64,000 nt of DNA from an uncultured virus (IMG/VR IMGVR_UViG_3300028571_002018). Its lineage: Duplodnaviria > Heunggongvirae > Uroviricota > Caudoviricetes. The position numbers and the translations under genes are program-made. Below are positions 29,051 to 38,867 of this stretch, piece by piece. The stretch lies in the IMG/VR virus record IMGVR_UViG_3300028571_002018, one strand, 5' to 3'. The notes under the pieces are model-generated. The model did not search any database and had not been told where the DNA came from. It was given only the letters and a program-made list of their open reading frames with translations. Positions within the stretch are counted from its first letter, which is position 1. The number at the start of each line of letters is the position of its first letter.

Positions 29051-29419
29051 ATGAACACCAACCAACAGATCCCCGTCACCCAGAACGAAGCCTGGGGCTT
29101 CTGGGGCACGATGAACGAACACGCCAGCGCCGCGTGGCCTCTGGCGATGACCGCCATCTCGGACGCCACCAGCCAGCCCCTCGAATCAGTCCTGGTCTTC
29201 CTCGACAGCCGCCACGGACGCCACTTTGCGGACGATGTGCAAAACGGGCTGTACCGGGGCCAGACCCTGGCGGACGCGATCAGCGCCGCCACCCAACAAT
29301 GGATGGGCTGGACGATTGGCCGCCAGACCAGCAAGGAATATGGCATCCCGCGCGGTTTGCCCTACCTGACGGGCTTTGTGATTCACTGCGAGATCGCCGA
29401 GGAGTCGCTCGCCGCCTGA
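29051..29419 (+). CDS. Hypothetical phage protein
   Basis: AAGGAG SD; TQNEAWGFWGT...FLDSRHGRHFADDV. Confidence 0.7.
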   Translation: MNTNQQIPVTQNEAWGFWGTMNEHASAAWPLAMTAISDATSQPLESVLVFLDSRHGRHFADDVQNGLYRGQTLADAISAATQQWMGWTIGRQTSKEYGIPRGLPYLTGFVIHCEIAEESLAA

Positions 29420-30654
29420 TCATCGAACAGCGCGCCATCCGAATCGCGGGTGGCTTGCTTGCCAGTCCATTCCTGCCAGCGGCGCACGATCACGTCCGCG
29501 TACTTTGGGTCGAGCTCGATCAGCCGTGCCAGCCGCCCTGACTTTTCGGCGGCGATCAGCGTCGTGCCGGAGCCACCGAACGGGTCAAGCACCACGTTTC
29601 CAGTGCGACTTGAATTGCGGATCGCACGTTCGACCAACTCCACCGGCTTCATCGTCGGGTGCAGATCGTTCTTCTGCGGCTTCTTGATGTTCCAGACGTC
29701 GCCTTGGTCGCGGTCGCCACACCAGTGACGCTGCGCCCCCTCAGGCCATCCATACAGGATCGGCTCGTACTGGCGCTGGTAGTCGGCGCGGCCCAGCGTG
29801 AAAGTGTTCTTGGCCCAGATGATGAAAGTCGACCACTTGCCACCGGCGGCACGGAACGCTGCCTGCAGCACATCCAGCTCGCTGGACGACATCGCCACGT
29901 AGATGCCGCCCCGGCAGTTCCCGATGGTCGGCGTCAGCGCCGCCAGCAGGAAGTCGTAGAAGCCGTCGCCGAGGTTGTCGTTCAGGATCGCGCGATCCTT
30001 GCCGCGCATCTTGTCCTTGGCGCTGTTGGCGTAGTTCACGTTGTACGGCGGGTCGGTGAAGACCATATCCACCGGCTCGCCATCAAGAACTCGGTCGTAG
30101 CTCTCAGCCACGGTGGAGTCGCCACACAGCAGACGGTGGCCGCCGAGCAGCCAGACATCGCCTGGACGCGAAACCGGAGTCTCGCTGACCTCAGGTACCG
30201 CATCGTCATCGGTTTCGCCTTCGGCATCCGGCTCGTCGCCCGCCATCAACTCGGCGAGCGCATCGGCATCGAAGCCGGTCAGCGACACGTCGAAGTCGTC
30301 GTCCTGGAGGGACGCGATCTCGATGCGCAGCATCGCGTCGTCCCAGCCTGCGTTCTCGGCGATGCGGTTGTCCGCGATCACCAGTGCCCGGCGCTGCGTC
30401 GCGCTCAGATGATCGAGCACCACCACCGGCACCACCGCCAGCCCAAGCTTCTGCGCAGCGGCAAGCCGTCCGTGACCGGCGACGATCACTCCGTCGCTAC
30501 CGGCGAGGATCGGATTGGTGAATCCGAACTCGGCAATCGACGCGGCGATCTGCGCCACCTGATCGTCCGAGTGGGTACGCGCGTTGCGGGCATAGGGCAG
30601 CAGCTTGGCGGTCGGCCACTGCTCGATCTTGTCCGCAAACCAAGAGGCGGTCAT
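29383..30654 (-). CDS. ParB-like domain plus N6/N4 DNA methyltransferase
   Basis: PYARNARTHS/FGFTNPIL ParB-like N-terminus; FTDPPY, HPTMKP, DPFGGSGTT. Confidence 0.9.
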   Translation of the reverse strand: MTASWFADKIEQWPTAKLLPYARNARTHSDDQVAQIAASIAEFGFTNPILAGSDGVIVAGHGRLAAAQKLGLAVVPVVVLDHLSATQRRALVIADNRIAENAGWDDAMLRIEIASLQDDDFDVSLTGFDADALAELMAGDEPDAEGETDDDAVPEVSETPVSRPGDVWLLGGHRLLCGDSTVAESYDRVLDGEPVDMVFTDPPYNVNYANSAKDKMRGKDRAILNDNLGDGFYDFLLAALTPTIGNCRGGIYVAMSSSELDVLQAAFRAAGGKWSTFIIWAKNTFTLGRADYQRQYEPILYGWPEGAQRHWCGDRDQGDVWNIKKPQKNDLHPTMKPVELVERAIRNSSRTGNVVLDPFGGSGTTLIAAEKSGRLARLIELDPKYADVIVRRWQEWTGKQATRDSDGALFDDQAASDSSAISQ

Positions 30655-32060
30655 TGCTCGGCCTCCGTGGTAGCCAGACGTTCATTGACCACCTCGTCAA
30701 AGGACTGGCCTGTTGCCAATAGCGTCACCGGCACGCCGGGGTGGTTCTGTTGGAAGCGCTTGATGGCGACATCCACGTACTCCGGCGCGATCTCCACGCT
30801 GCGACACACACGACCGGTGCGCTGCGCGGCCAACATCGTCGTGCCGCTGCCGCCAAAGGGCTCGAACACGACGTCGCCAGCATCCGAGTAGGCCTCGATC
30901 ACGAATTCCGGCAGCGCCACCGGGAACACCGCCGGGTGGTCGATGTCCTGACCGATCTTGCCCTTGTGGCGCATCACGCGAATCACCGAGTCGGGAATCC
31001 GGGTGTCCTGTGTCGGCTGGCCCTTGTGCGTCCAGCCGCCGACCTCGCCGTCCTTACCACGCATGGCCGTGGACGACCCGTCTGCGCGCAGGTGCGACTC
31101 CTGGCCCGCGTGCTTGCAGGGCACGATCTTGTTGGGTTTGCGACTGGCGCGGTTGAAGTGAAAGACGAACTCGAAACTCGGGGCGAAGCGACCGGCCCAG
31201 TCTCCGGGCATCCCTGGCCCTTGATCCCAGACGTACCAAGCGAAACGCCGCCAGCCCTGGGAGCGCATCCAGCCAAGCCACGTATCCCAATACGGGATGA
31301 CTTCGTTGTCTCGATGGATCAGCCCGAGGTTGACCAGCACCTGCCCGTCGTCGACCATTGGCACCTTGGCGAACACACCGCGCATCAGGCCATCCCAATC
31401 GGTGATGCCGCCGGAGGTGTAGTCGCGCTGGTTGCCGTAAGGCGGTGAGGTGAAGCACAGCCGGGCCGCATCGCCCTGCATCAGCGTGGCGACTGCTGTC
31501 GGGTCGGTGGCATCGCCACAGATCAGACGGTGGGAGCCGATGGCCCAGACATCGCCGGTGCGGGACACCGGCACCACTGGGCTATCCGGTACATCGTCGC
31601 CAGCGTCCGGCTCGTTGGCATCGGGCTCTTGGTCGGCGGCATCGGAGGCGACGTCGTCAGCGAGCAGGGCCTCGATCTCAGCATCCTCGAAACCGGTCAG
31701 TGCAAGGTCGTATCCGGCCTCGGACAGCTCGGCCATTTCCAGCGCCAGCATCTCCTCGTTCCAACCGGCGTCGAGCGCCAGCCGGTTATCGGAGATGACA
31801 TAGGCACGCTTCTGGGTGGGTGAGAGGTGCGCCAGTTCGATGACCGGTACCTGATCCAGCCCGAGCTTGCGCGCGGCCGCCAAACGACCGTGGCCCGCGA
31901 TGATCCCGTTGTCGCCGTCCACCAGCACCGGATTCGTCCAGCCGTACTCGACGATGCTGGCGGCGATCTTGGCCACTTGCTCGTCGGTGTGGGTACGTGG
32001 GTTGCGGGCGTAGGGGATCAGCGCCTCGAGCTTGCGGTACTCGACGTTGAGCGTGTTCAG
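30651..32060 (-). CDS. ParB-like domain plus N4/N6 DNA methyltransferase (start uncertain, probably CTG)
   Basis: PYARNPRTH; FTSPPY, HPAVFP, EPFGGSGTT; GAGG SD 8 nt before CTG at 32060. Confidence 0.85.
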   Translation of the reverse strand: MNTLNVEYRKLEALIPYARNPRTHTDEQVAKIAASIVEYGWTNPVLVDGDNGIIAGHGRLAAARKLGLDQVPVIELAHLSPTQKRAYVISDNRLALDAGWNEEMLALEMAELSEAGYDLALTGFEDAEIEALLADDVASDAADQEPDANEPDAGDDVPDSPVVPVSRTGDVWAIGSHRLICGDATDPTAVATLMQGDAARLCFTSPPYGNQRDYTSGGITDWDGLMRGVFAKVPMVDDGQVLVNLGLIHRDNEVIPYWDTWLGWMRSQGWRRFAWYVWDQGPGMPGDWAGRFAPSFEFVFHFNRASRKPNKIVPCKHAGQESHLRADGSSTAMRGKDGEVGGWTHKGQPTQDTRIPDSVIRVMRHKGKIGQDIDHPAVFPVALPEFVIEAYSDAGDVVFEPFGGSGTTMLAAQRTGRVCRSVEIAPEYVDVAIKRFQQNHPGVPVTLLATGQSFDEVVNERLATTEAEQ

Positions 32061-32072
32061 AATCGTTTCCTC

Positions 32073-32110
32073 AAAAAGAAAACCCGCCGACGGAAAACCG
32101 TGGGCGGGCT
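32073..32110 (-). terminator. Intrinsic terminator-like hairpin ahead of the late operon
   Basis: Minus strand AGCCCGCCCACGG-TTTT-CCGTCGGCGGGTT then TTCTTTTT. Confidence 0.6.
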
Positions 32111-32135
32111 CGTGATGGGTGCGGACTGGTGCGGG

Positions 32136-32232
32136 TGCAAACTGCAAACCCTGCAAACCTTGGTTTGCAGTCGGACGCTAGGCGAATGCCGCGCTCGCGC
32201 CCCCCGCATTGCGATTTGGGAAGGAAGGACCC
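32136..32232 (-). other. Putative cos site (cosQ-, cosN- and cosB-like)
   Basis: GGGTCCT (the lambda cosQ heptamer), then GGGGGGCGCGAG-CGCGG about 20 nt later, then four TGCAAAC/GTTTGCA repeats. Confidence 0.55.
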
Positions 32233-32387
32233 CTTTTGCCTGGGCCTATTGCCAAGCGCTCGGCCTCAACCGTCACCACTGTCCAGAAGATAGCCGAAAT
32301 ACTACCCCCGACCGGGCTGTTTTGTTGCAGGGCTGCCGGGCCTCGAAACGGACAAGCAAGGCAAAGCAAGGACAAACGCGGCAAGCG

Positions 32388-32804
32388 TTACCCTAAATTG
32401 CCCACGTTTTTGGAAGGCATCCGCACGCCTTCGCTGTTGAGGTTCGCGGTCACGACCTCCATTGCCCGTTGCCAGCGCCGCCACGCTGTCGTGCGGTCGC
32501 AGGCAAAGCGGATCGTGATGTCCCTCCAGCCGTAGCGCTTGGCCCGCATCCACACAAGGTGGCGCTGCTCGACCTCGAGCCATTGCACCCAGCGCATCGT
32601 CTCCAGCATCCGGTCGATGGCCTCGGGGCTCGGTGGGAAGGGCCGGTACACCTTCTCGTCGGCAGCAAAGGCTTCCCACTCCTTACGAACGAAGGAGGGC
32701 CAGCAGTTGAAGTAGCCCTGCACACGCACAGGGGGCAGGCGTCGTCCGGTGGTGGCGGCCTCTTCGAAGCGTGCTGCCACGTCGTCAGTTGTCCACTCAG
32801 CCAT
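32388..32804 (-). CDS. DUF6362-like HTH protein (possible late regulator)
   Basis: VAARFEEAA...LVWMRA...TAWRRW sigma-region-4-like C-terminus; last gene before cos. Confidence 0.65.
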   Translation of the reverse strand: MAEWTTDDVAARFEEAATTGRRLPPVRVQGYFNCWPSFVRKEWEAFAADEKVYRPFPPSPEAIDRMLETMRWVQWLEVEQRHLVWMRAKRYGWRDITIRFACDRTTAWRRWQRAMEVVTANLNSEGVRMPSKNVGNLG

Positions 32805-33006
32805 GACGTGTCCCTCCTGGCCCGTACAGGCGTTCACCAATGCGTCGCACAATCTCGCGTTCGATGAAGTCCAGACGGTCATCGGACGCGTTGACCACCA
32901 GGATGTGCTGGTCACGCCAGCCACGTTCCTTGATGGCGTCCAGATCCGTGGCTTGTGGCTGCAGCCGACCAAGGGGGCAGCGGTATTGGGGTGTCGGAAC
33001 CTTCAC
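32797..33006 (-). CDS. Hypothetical phage protein
   Basis: GGAGG SD and GTG start; DAIKERGWRDQHILVV. Confidence 0.6.
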   Translation of the reverse strand: MKVPTPQYRCPLGRLQPQATDLDAIKERGWRDQHILVVNASDDRLDFIEREIVRRIGERLYGPGGTRHG

Positions 33007-33007
33007 G

Positions 33008-33472
33008 TCACACCTCCTGCGTCTCGACTGCCCAATGCAGCAGGGCCAGCGCGTCGGCCTCGTTATCATCGACTGGGGTGTGACCATGCTCGCGGACGGC
33101 CGCGATCATCTCGTCCTTGCTCGCATTGCCTTTGCCAGTCGCGTGCTTCTTGATCGTGCCGACCGGAACGCCTTGATACGGGATGTTGTGATGCTCACAC
33201 CACGCGGTCAGGTGTCCCATGAAGCCGCCGTAGGCGTGCGCCGCATCAACGCCCGCGTGTCGCCGAACTTCCTCGAAGAACACAGCGTTGATGTGATTGC
33301 TGACCGAGAGCAGTTCGTTGAGCCAGCGCTTGAATCGAAGGAAGCGCATTCCGCCACCCTCGAATCGCTGCGGCTTGAAGTGCTCCGTGCCGCTGGTGAT
33401 GGTGCCGTCCAGGTGCTGCAGAGCCCACCCGGTGTGTGTGCCCAGATCAAGGGCCAGGATTGTCGTGTTCAT
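33008..33472 (-). CDS. RuvC-like Holliday junction resolvase
   Basis: ILALDLGTHTGWA, FEEV, IKKHATGKGNASK, DNEADA. Confidence 0.8.
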   Translation of the reverse strand: MNTTILALDLGTHTGWALQHLDGTITSGTEHFKPQRFEGGGMRFLRFKRWLNELLSVSNHINAVFFEEVRRHAGVDAAHAYGGFMGHLTAWCEHHNIPYQGVPVGTIKKHATGKGNASKDEMIAAVREHGHTPVDDNEADALALLHWAVETQEV

Positions 33473-33493
33473 CGTCTTTACTCCGTGTTGGGT

Positions 33494-33593
33494 GGGCGAG
33501 TGACGGATGCGACGGGTTGGCAGGACAACGTCCCTTACGTGCGCGCACGTGTGGCGCGTCAATCAGGAAACCCGTCAAATCCGTCACTCGCCC
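33494..33593. repeat. 25-bp imperfect inverted repeat with an internal palindrome (candidate replication origin)
   Basis: GGGCGAGTGACGGATGCGACGGGTT / AACCCGTCAAATCCGTCACTCGCCC (23/25), with ACGTGCGCGCACGT between the arms; directly after the primase gene. Confidence 0.7.
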
Positions 33594-33600
33594 GGATTGG

Positions 33601-35892
33601 TCAGTCATCGCGGTAGGGGTAGGCGTTGCTGTACGGCTTGGGCCTGAGGGCGATGCCCGCGATGGCGCGAGCCCCTCCGGTCAGCCGACACTTCTCGAAC
33701 TTGCGAGTCGCCATCAGCTCCGAGAAGCGCTTGACCGAGCCCACGTACTCGCCCGCGCGCTCGGCCCATTCGCGCCAGTCGGCGAACAGTTCGGAGACGC
33801 CTTCGCGGTGGGACTTGGCCAGCAGACAGCGTTCTTCGATCCACTGCCCGAGCGCATCCTCGGCCTCGAAATACTCCTCGGTCGCCGACACCACGCTGGC
33901 GGGCGGCTTCAAGCCCTGGCTTTGCCAGCGGCTGCAGCCCTCGACGGCCCACGCCAGAATCCCATCGCGTTCCTTGAGCAGCTTCTCGGTCAGCCTGCCG
34001 TCGCGGCGCTCGGGCGGGATCGTCACCGTGAACGGGATCAGGTGAAGTCGGCGCTTCATCGCCTCGTCGACATTGCGGATCGACGGCTTGTGATTGCCCG
34101 CGATCACCAACTTGAACTGCGGCAGGTACTCGAAGAAGTCCTGGCGCATGAAGCGTGCGGACACCTTGTCGCCACCGGTGATGGCCTTGACCTTGGACTC
34201 GTTCCAGCGCCGCCCTTGCTCGGTTTCGATGGATGACACGAATCGAGCCCCGCGCAGCCCGGCGAGATCGGTGGGGTGCCGGTCATTGCGCGCCTCCATG
34301 AACGTGTCCATCGGCGCGTTGGCCGCGTAGTCGCCCAGGATGGTGGTCAGCACGTTGACGAACACCGACTTGCCGTTCGCGCCCGTGCCGTACAAGAAGA
34401 ACAGCGCGTGTTCGCTGGTGACGCCCGTCAGGCAGTAGCCAACCATCAACTGCAGGTAGGCCATCAAATCGGCGTCGCCACCGGTGACATCCGCGAGGAA
34501 GGCTCGCCACGTAGGGCAGGCGCTGTCCGGATTGCCCTGCGGCGTGGCCGTGGTCACCTTGGTCATTCGGTCGTCGCGTCGGTGCGGGCGCATCCGGCCC
34601 GTGCGCAGATCGACCACGCCACCGGGGGTGTTCAACGCCCAGACATCGGCGTCCCATTCCTCGGCGGTGGATGCGTGCTTCGGGTCAGAGCGCGCGATCT
34701 TTTCAACCGACGAAATCGTGGCCGAACTGGCCAGCTTGCCCTTGAGCCTCGGCGTGTCCGCTTTCAGCGAGGCGTTGCGGCAGATGCCCCTGGAAAGATG
34801 CGACACGTAGAGCACCTGATCGGGATTCCAGCGCACACCCGTCCAGACCAGCCACTTGCCCCACAGGGCACAGTAGCGCCAGTCTTCGCCATAGCGGCGA
34901 GTGAAAGCGCTGGACAGGCCATCCTCGGTCGTCCAATCAATGCCCGTCAGCAAGTCTGGCGAAGGCGCTTCCTCGACCGAGCGCATCACTGGCATCCGCT
35001 CGCCGACGGCCAGAAAGCCACCGACATCGAAGCCTTCGGGAATGGCATCTGCAGCGTCCCACCCCTCCGGCTTGTCGTCCGGTGGCATGAGGATGGCGAC
35101 CGAGGTCGCGCCTGCCTGCAAGATCGCCTGCGACGCGCGGTCGGCGTAGTCCCATCCCGGCGCATCGCGGTCGGGCCAGATCAGCACCGTCTTGCCAGCC
35201 AGTGGCGACCAGTCGGTCTTGTCGACTGGGGCATTGGCACCGTGCATGGCCGTGGTGGCCACCACGCCGCTGGCGATCAAGGCCTGCGCGCACTTCTCGC
35301 CCTCGACCAGGACGACGTGGCTGGCCGCACCGATGCCCGGCTGGTTGAACAGCGGGCGCGGCTCAGGCGGGGCCATCTTGCGGCGCTTGGCGTCCCAGGG
35401 TCGGAATTCCTTCTTGCCTCCCGGTGGGTCATAGCGGTAGACGACGGCGATCAGCTTGCCACCGGCATCGAAGTAGTCCCACTTCGCCGTGGCCGGGCCG
35501 AGGTCGTCGACCGGCGCTTCCTTCTTCGCCTTGCGCACTGGCACCGACCGCGACCGCCCGAGCAGATCGGCAGCTTCATCCAGCACGCGAGGGAAATCGG
35601 TGTGGACGTTCGCACCGAGATAGGCCGCGATCAGGGCGAAGATGTCGCCGCCATCGCCGGTGGCACGATCCGTCCACAGACCGGCTTTCTCACCTTCGAG
35701 CACCACCTCGAGGCTGTCACCTGGACTGCCGAGCATGTCGCCGATCAGGAATTTTCCACGGCGCTTCTTGCCTGCCGGGAACATCGTGGTCAGCACCGAC
35801 TCCAGACGCGCAAGCAAGTCGGCGCGAATCTCGTCTCGTTCAGATTCCCTGTTGTGCTCCGCAGGTTGGGTGGTGTCGTTGAAGTCGATCAT
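33601..35892 (-). CDS. P4-family primase/SF3 helicase
   Basis: Toprim VEGEKCA...WPDRD; D5-like GTGANGKS Walker A. Confidence 0.9.
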   Translation of the reverse strand: MIDFNDTTQPAEHNRESERDEIRADLLARLESVLTTMFPAGKKRRGKFLIGDMLGSPGDSLEVVLEGEKAGLWTDRATGDGGDIFALIAAYLGANVHTDFPRVLDEAADLLGRSRSVPVRKAKKEAPVDDLGPATAKWDYFDAGGKLIAVVYRYDPPGGKKEFRPWDAKRRKMAPPEPRPLFNQPGIGAASHVVLVEGEKCAQALIASGVVATTAMHGANAPVDKTDWSPLAGKTVLIWPDRDAPGWDYADRASQAILQAGATSVAILMPPDDKPEGWDAADAIPEGFDVGGFLAVGERMPVMRSVEEAPSPDLLTGIDWTTEDGLSSAFTRRYGEDWRYCALWGKWLVWTGVRWNPDQVLYVSHLSRGICRNASLKADTPRLKGKLASSATISSVEKIARSDPKHASTAEEWDADVWALNTPGGVVDLRTGRMRPHRRDDRMTKVTTATPQGNPDSACPTWRAFLADVTGGDADLMAYLQLMVGYCLTGVTSEHALFFLYGTGANGKSVFVNVLTTILGDYAANAPMDTFMEARNDRHPTDLAGLRGARFVSSIETEQGRRWNESKVKAITGGDKVSARFMRQDFFEYLPQFKLVIAGNHKPSIRNVDEAMKRRLHLIPFTVTIPPERRDGRLTEKLLKERDGILAWAVEGCSRWQSQGLKPPASVVSATEEYFEAEDALGQWIEERCLLAKSHREGVSELFADWREWAERAGEYVGSVKRFSELMATRKFEKCRLTGGARAIAGIALRPKPYSNAYPYRDD

Positions 35893-36143
35893 TCGGCTCC
35901 CTCGACAGGTGCGTCCGCATCTTGGGAATCACGGCCCTGAACGGCGGTGGTACGCGTGGCCCACGCAGAGAGTTCGGACAGCCGGTAGCGCACCAGACCA
36001 CCTATCAGGTAGTGCGGAATCCGGTACTTGGTGCGCATCGCGTGGTCGGCGAACCAGTAGTACGGCAGGCGCAACGCGGCGGCCGCCTGCTTGGCATCGA
36101 TCATCGGCTCGATGCCGGTGGCCGGGGTGTTGTTGTCGGTCAT
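35889..36143 (-). CDS. Small excisionase-like DNA-binding protein
   Basis: IDAKQAAAAL...IPHYLIGGLVRYRLSEL. Confidence 0.65.
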   Translation of the reverse strand: MTDNNTPATGIEPMIDAKQAAAALRLPYYWFADHAMRTKYRIPHYLIGGLVRYRLSELSAWATRTTAVQGRDSQDADAPVEGAE

Positions 36144-36877
36144 GCTTGTGTTCTCCAGCAGCGGTCTTGCCACGCGCACATCCGGCACTCGAAGTGGGTC
36201 GGGTCATTGAAGGCACGCGGCAGGAGATCTCCCGCTTCGGTCGCCGTGATGACCTTCACCGCCCGATCCGACATTCGCTGGGCCAGGGCTGCGTCAAAGG
36301 GCACGGCCTCGGTGTAGATCTCCATCGTGTCGGCGTTGAGCGCCGTGAAGATCGCCGGGTGCTCGTGCAATTCGAGATAGGCTTGGTAGATCGCCACTTG
36401 CGCGGCGTAGACGGGCTTGGCCACGGCGAGCCGGTTCTTCTCCAGCTCGCGCCAGGACTTCATGCCGAGGCACTTGTTTTCCCAGAGCGCCGGGTAGGCA
36501 AAGCCCTCCGGGCCATCGACGATGACACCGTCGATGTGGCCCTGCAGACGGCCATCAGCCACGGAGAAGCCAAACTGCTCGCCATCGGCCCTGCGGGTAC
36601 GCAAGTCGAAACCGGCGTCGCGCAGCCACGCGACCATGCAGTCCTCCATGACGTGGCCGCGCTCGAAGATGCGCAGCATCCGGCCCGGGGTGTCCCGGCC
36701 GTGATCGACGGGAGCCTTGGCGTACTCAAACTGCAGCGCACGCTCGCAGGCAGCGCCCAACCGCGAGGCACCAAGGTACTGGCGCTCGGACTTCTGGGCT
36801 CGCGCCCGCTGCATCCCGGCGTCGACCAGCGCAGTGATCTGGCCCGAGATGCTCGAAGTGGAGTTGAAGTCCATCAT
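36140..36877 (-). CDS. Cas4-like PD-(D/E)XK exonuclease
   Basis: YLGASRLGAAC, GHIDG, WENK, QVAIY, CRMC...C. Confidence 0.75.
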   Translation of the reverse strand: MMDFNSTSSISGQITALVDAGMQRARAQKSERQYLGASRLGAACERALQFEYAKAPVDHGRDTPGRMLRIFERGHVMEDCMVAWLRDAGFDLRTRRADGEQFGFSVADGRLQGHIDGVIVDGPEGFAYPALWENKCLGMKSWRELEKNRLAVAKPVYAAQVAIYQAYLELHEHPAIFTALNADTMEIYTEAVPFDAALAQRMSDRAVKVITATEAGDLLPRAFNDPTHFECRMCAWQDRCWRTQA

Positions 36878-37374
36878 GGCTTCTTCCCCTTCGGTTCTTC
36901 CCAAGGCAGGTCGTCCTCCAGATCCGCGAACGGATTGGCTGAACTCGGAGTCATGGGATCGGGCGTCGGTGGCATGCCGCGCACGGGCGGGTACTTGCTC
37001 GCCTCGTGGTGCTCAACCATCGCCTCGGTGTAGCAAGTGACGATGGCGTCGATCACCTGCAGCGCCTCGACTTCGGAGTAGTTGCCCAGCGGCTTGGTAA
37101 AGCCGATCTCGCCTGCCGCCTCGCCAAAGGACTTGAGGCACTTGCGCATCGCGGCCAGCTCGATATCAGAGGGATCGATCATGGCGACCCCCTTGATGTC
37201 GCTGCGACCATCCTTGGCGCGCAGCCAGTTGCCGTACATCGCGTGGAACGCGGTCTGGCAGCGCTGCGAGCAGAACACCCAGTCGATGGGGTAGCGCCGA
37301 GGATCGCCGACACCGTGTCGGTTGTCGGTGTGACCGAATCCCCGGGCCTGTCGTTTGCAGACCCAGCATTTCAC
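36874..37374 (-). CDS. DUF6511-like Zn-finger protein
   Basis: CWVC...FCSQRCQ, ending DDLPW. Confidence 0.65.
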   Translation of the reverse strand: MKCWVCKRQARGFGHTDNRHGVGDPRRYPIDWVFCSQRCQTAFHAMYGNWLRAKDGRSDIKGVAMIDPSDIELAAMRKCLKSFGEAAGEIGFTKPLGNYSEVEALQVIDAIVTCYTEAMVEHHEASKYPPVRGMPPTPDPMTPSSANPFADLEDDLPWEEPKGKKP

Positions 37375-38225
37375 GCCCCCTCCTCAAAGTCTTCGGCCAG
37401 CAGCGCCAACTGCAGCGAGCCGCCAGCGAAGGCGGCTTCGCAGCGGCGGTCGAAGTCGCGGTAGCAGGTCGAGCTGCGCGCAATGGCGGTGACCGCGTGA
37501 ATTTGCGTTTCCAGACGGGCGAGGCCCTGATCGGACAGCCACTGGTGGTGCTTCTGCGAGATGCCCTTGCGAGCGCGGATCTCGTCGATCAGCGTGGCGG
37601 GCAGCACCGGCCCATAGACCCAGCGCTGCGTGATCTGGCCGACAACGTGGGGCGGGTTCTGGTCGTGGCCCTGGTACTTCCAGCCGAACAGCCGGTAGAG
37701 GGCGCGGTAATAGTCCGGGTGGAAGCGGCGCTCCCACGAAGAGCACGACTGGCGCAGCAGCTTGGAGATCAGTTCCTGCAGCGCGTCAGGCGCGCGGTGG
37801 TACTGGTAGCCCGTCGCCTCGTCGATCAGCGCGACCTCGCCGGTGGTCGCCAGCGCGCGCATGATCTTCATGCAGTTGGGCACGATGCCCTGGCGGGCCT
37901 TGTGCAGCGTGCCGCTGATGGCGGCGCTCACCACCGCCGACGCGACGTCCGCAATGATCCCTGCCGGGAAAAGCTGCGCCTGCCGACCTGATGGCAACAG
38001 AATCGGCTCACGAGTTTTCTCCAATGCCGACAGGGAGTTAGGCACGAAGTCGGCCAAGAACCGGGCAAATCGGCCACCCTTGTGCGTCTCGTGAAAACCC
38101 AGCAGCTTGGCCAGTTGGCGACGAACGTAGCCACGCTCGCCGCCCTTGAGGACGACGGCCTCGCATTGCAGATCGCCGAAGCGCACGACGCCGTAGTGGC
38201 TGGCAGTGAGGACGGTTGTATTCAT
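37371..38225 (-). CDS. P63C domain protein
   Basis: ALIDEATGYQ...WERRFHPDYY...KHHQWL. Confidence 0.75.
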   Translation of the reverse strand: MNTTVLTASHYGVVRFGDLQCEAVVLKGGERGYVRRQLAKLLGFHETHKGGRFARFLADFVPNSLSALEKTREPILLPSGRQAQLFPAGIIADVASAVVSAAISGTLHKARQGIVPNCMKIMRALATTGEVALIDEATGYQYHRAPDALQELISKLLRQSCSSWERRFHPDYYRALYRLFGWKYQGHDQNPPHVVGQITQRWVYGPVLPATLIDEIRARKGISQKHHQWLSDQGLARLETQIHAVTAIARSSTCYRDFDRRCEAAFAGGSLQLALLAEDFEEGA

Positions 38226-38235
38226 GGCCGCCTCC

Positions 38236-38862
38236 TCACTGAGCCCAGGACGGCTTGCCCGTCACTGGCGCGCGTTGCGGGGTGGGAGCTGCGTAGGCGG
38301 GAGCCGCCTGGGCCGGAGCGCCGGAGTTGCCACCGCCCGGACTGCCCTTCGGCGGCACGCCCTTCAACTTGGCGTAGTCGGGATGGTCGGGCTCGACTGC
38401 CAGCTTGACCACGTTGCGGTCTTGGCCCTTGGCGTCCTTCTCGATGTCGACGCGCGCTAAGAACTCCAGGCCGTCCAGTTCCGCGAAGCCATTGATGCGG
38501 CGCGCGGCAGCGGCCTGCGGGCTGTTGTCATGCGGGTGGACGTTGCGGGCGCTGTTGAGCGCGGCGCGGATGAAGCTGCGCCCCATCTGGCCCCAGGTCG
38601 GGCCTTTCTTGGAGAGCAGGCCGACGTTGCTCCACATCTTGCGCTTGGCATGGTCGCCAGCGGTGACCACAAACTCGGCGGCCAGATAGATGGAACCGGT
38701 TTCGAAGGACTCGGTGGCGTAGCCGCCACCCCAGCCTTGCTCGGGGTCGTCATAGCCACCCGGCTTGATGGTCATGCGCACCGGCACGACGGTGCCCTTG
38801 GGGATCAGATCGAAGCCGGATTGCTGAGAGTCGGCGTCGTTGAAGTCATTCCATGCGGTCAT
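38236..38862 (-). CDS. Putative single-stranded DNA-binding protein
   Basis: FDLIPKGT OB-like N-terminus with a Pro/Ala tail ending KPSWAQ; follows the AAA ATPase. Confidence 0.55.
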   Translation of the reverse strand: MTAWNDFNDADSQQSGFDLIPKGTVVPVRMTIKPGGYDDPEQGWGGGYATESFETGSIYLAAEFVVTAGDHAKRKMWSNVGLLSKKGPTWGQMGRSFIRAALNSARNVHPHDNSPQAAAARRINGFAELDGLEFLARVDIEKDAKGQDRNVVKLAVEPDHPDYAKLKGVPPKGSPGGGNSGAPAQAAPAYAAPTPQRAPVTGKPSWAQ

Positions 38863-38867
38863 TGCGA

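Noticed and set aside
36140..36877. Cas4-like gene as evidence of CRISPR-Cas
   Set aside because: No array or other cas genes; it sits in a phage recombination module.
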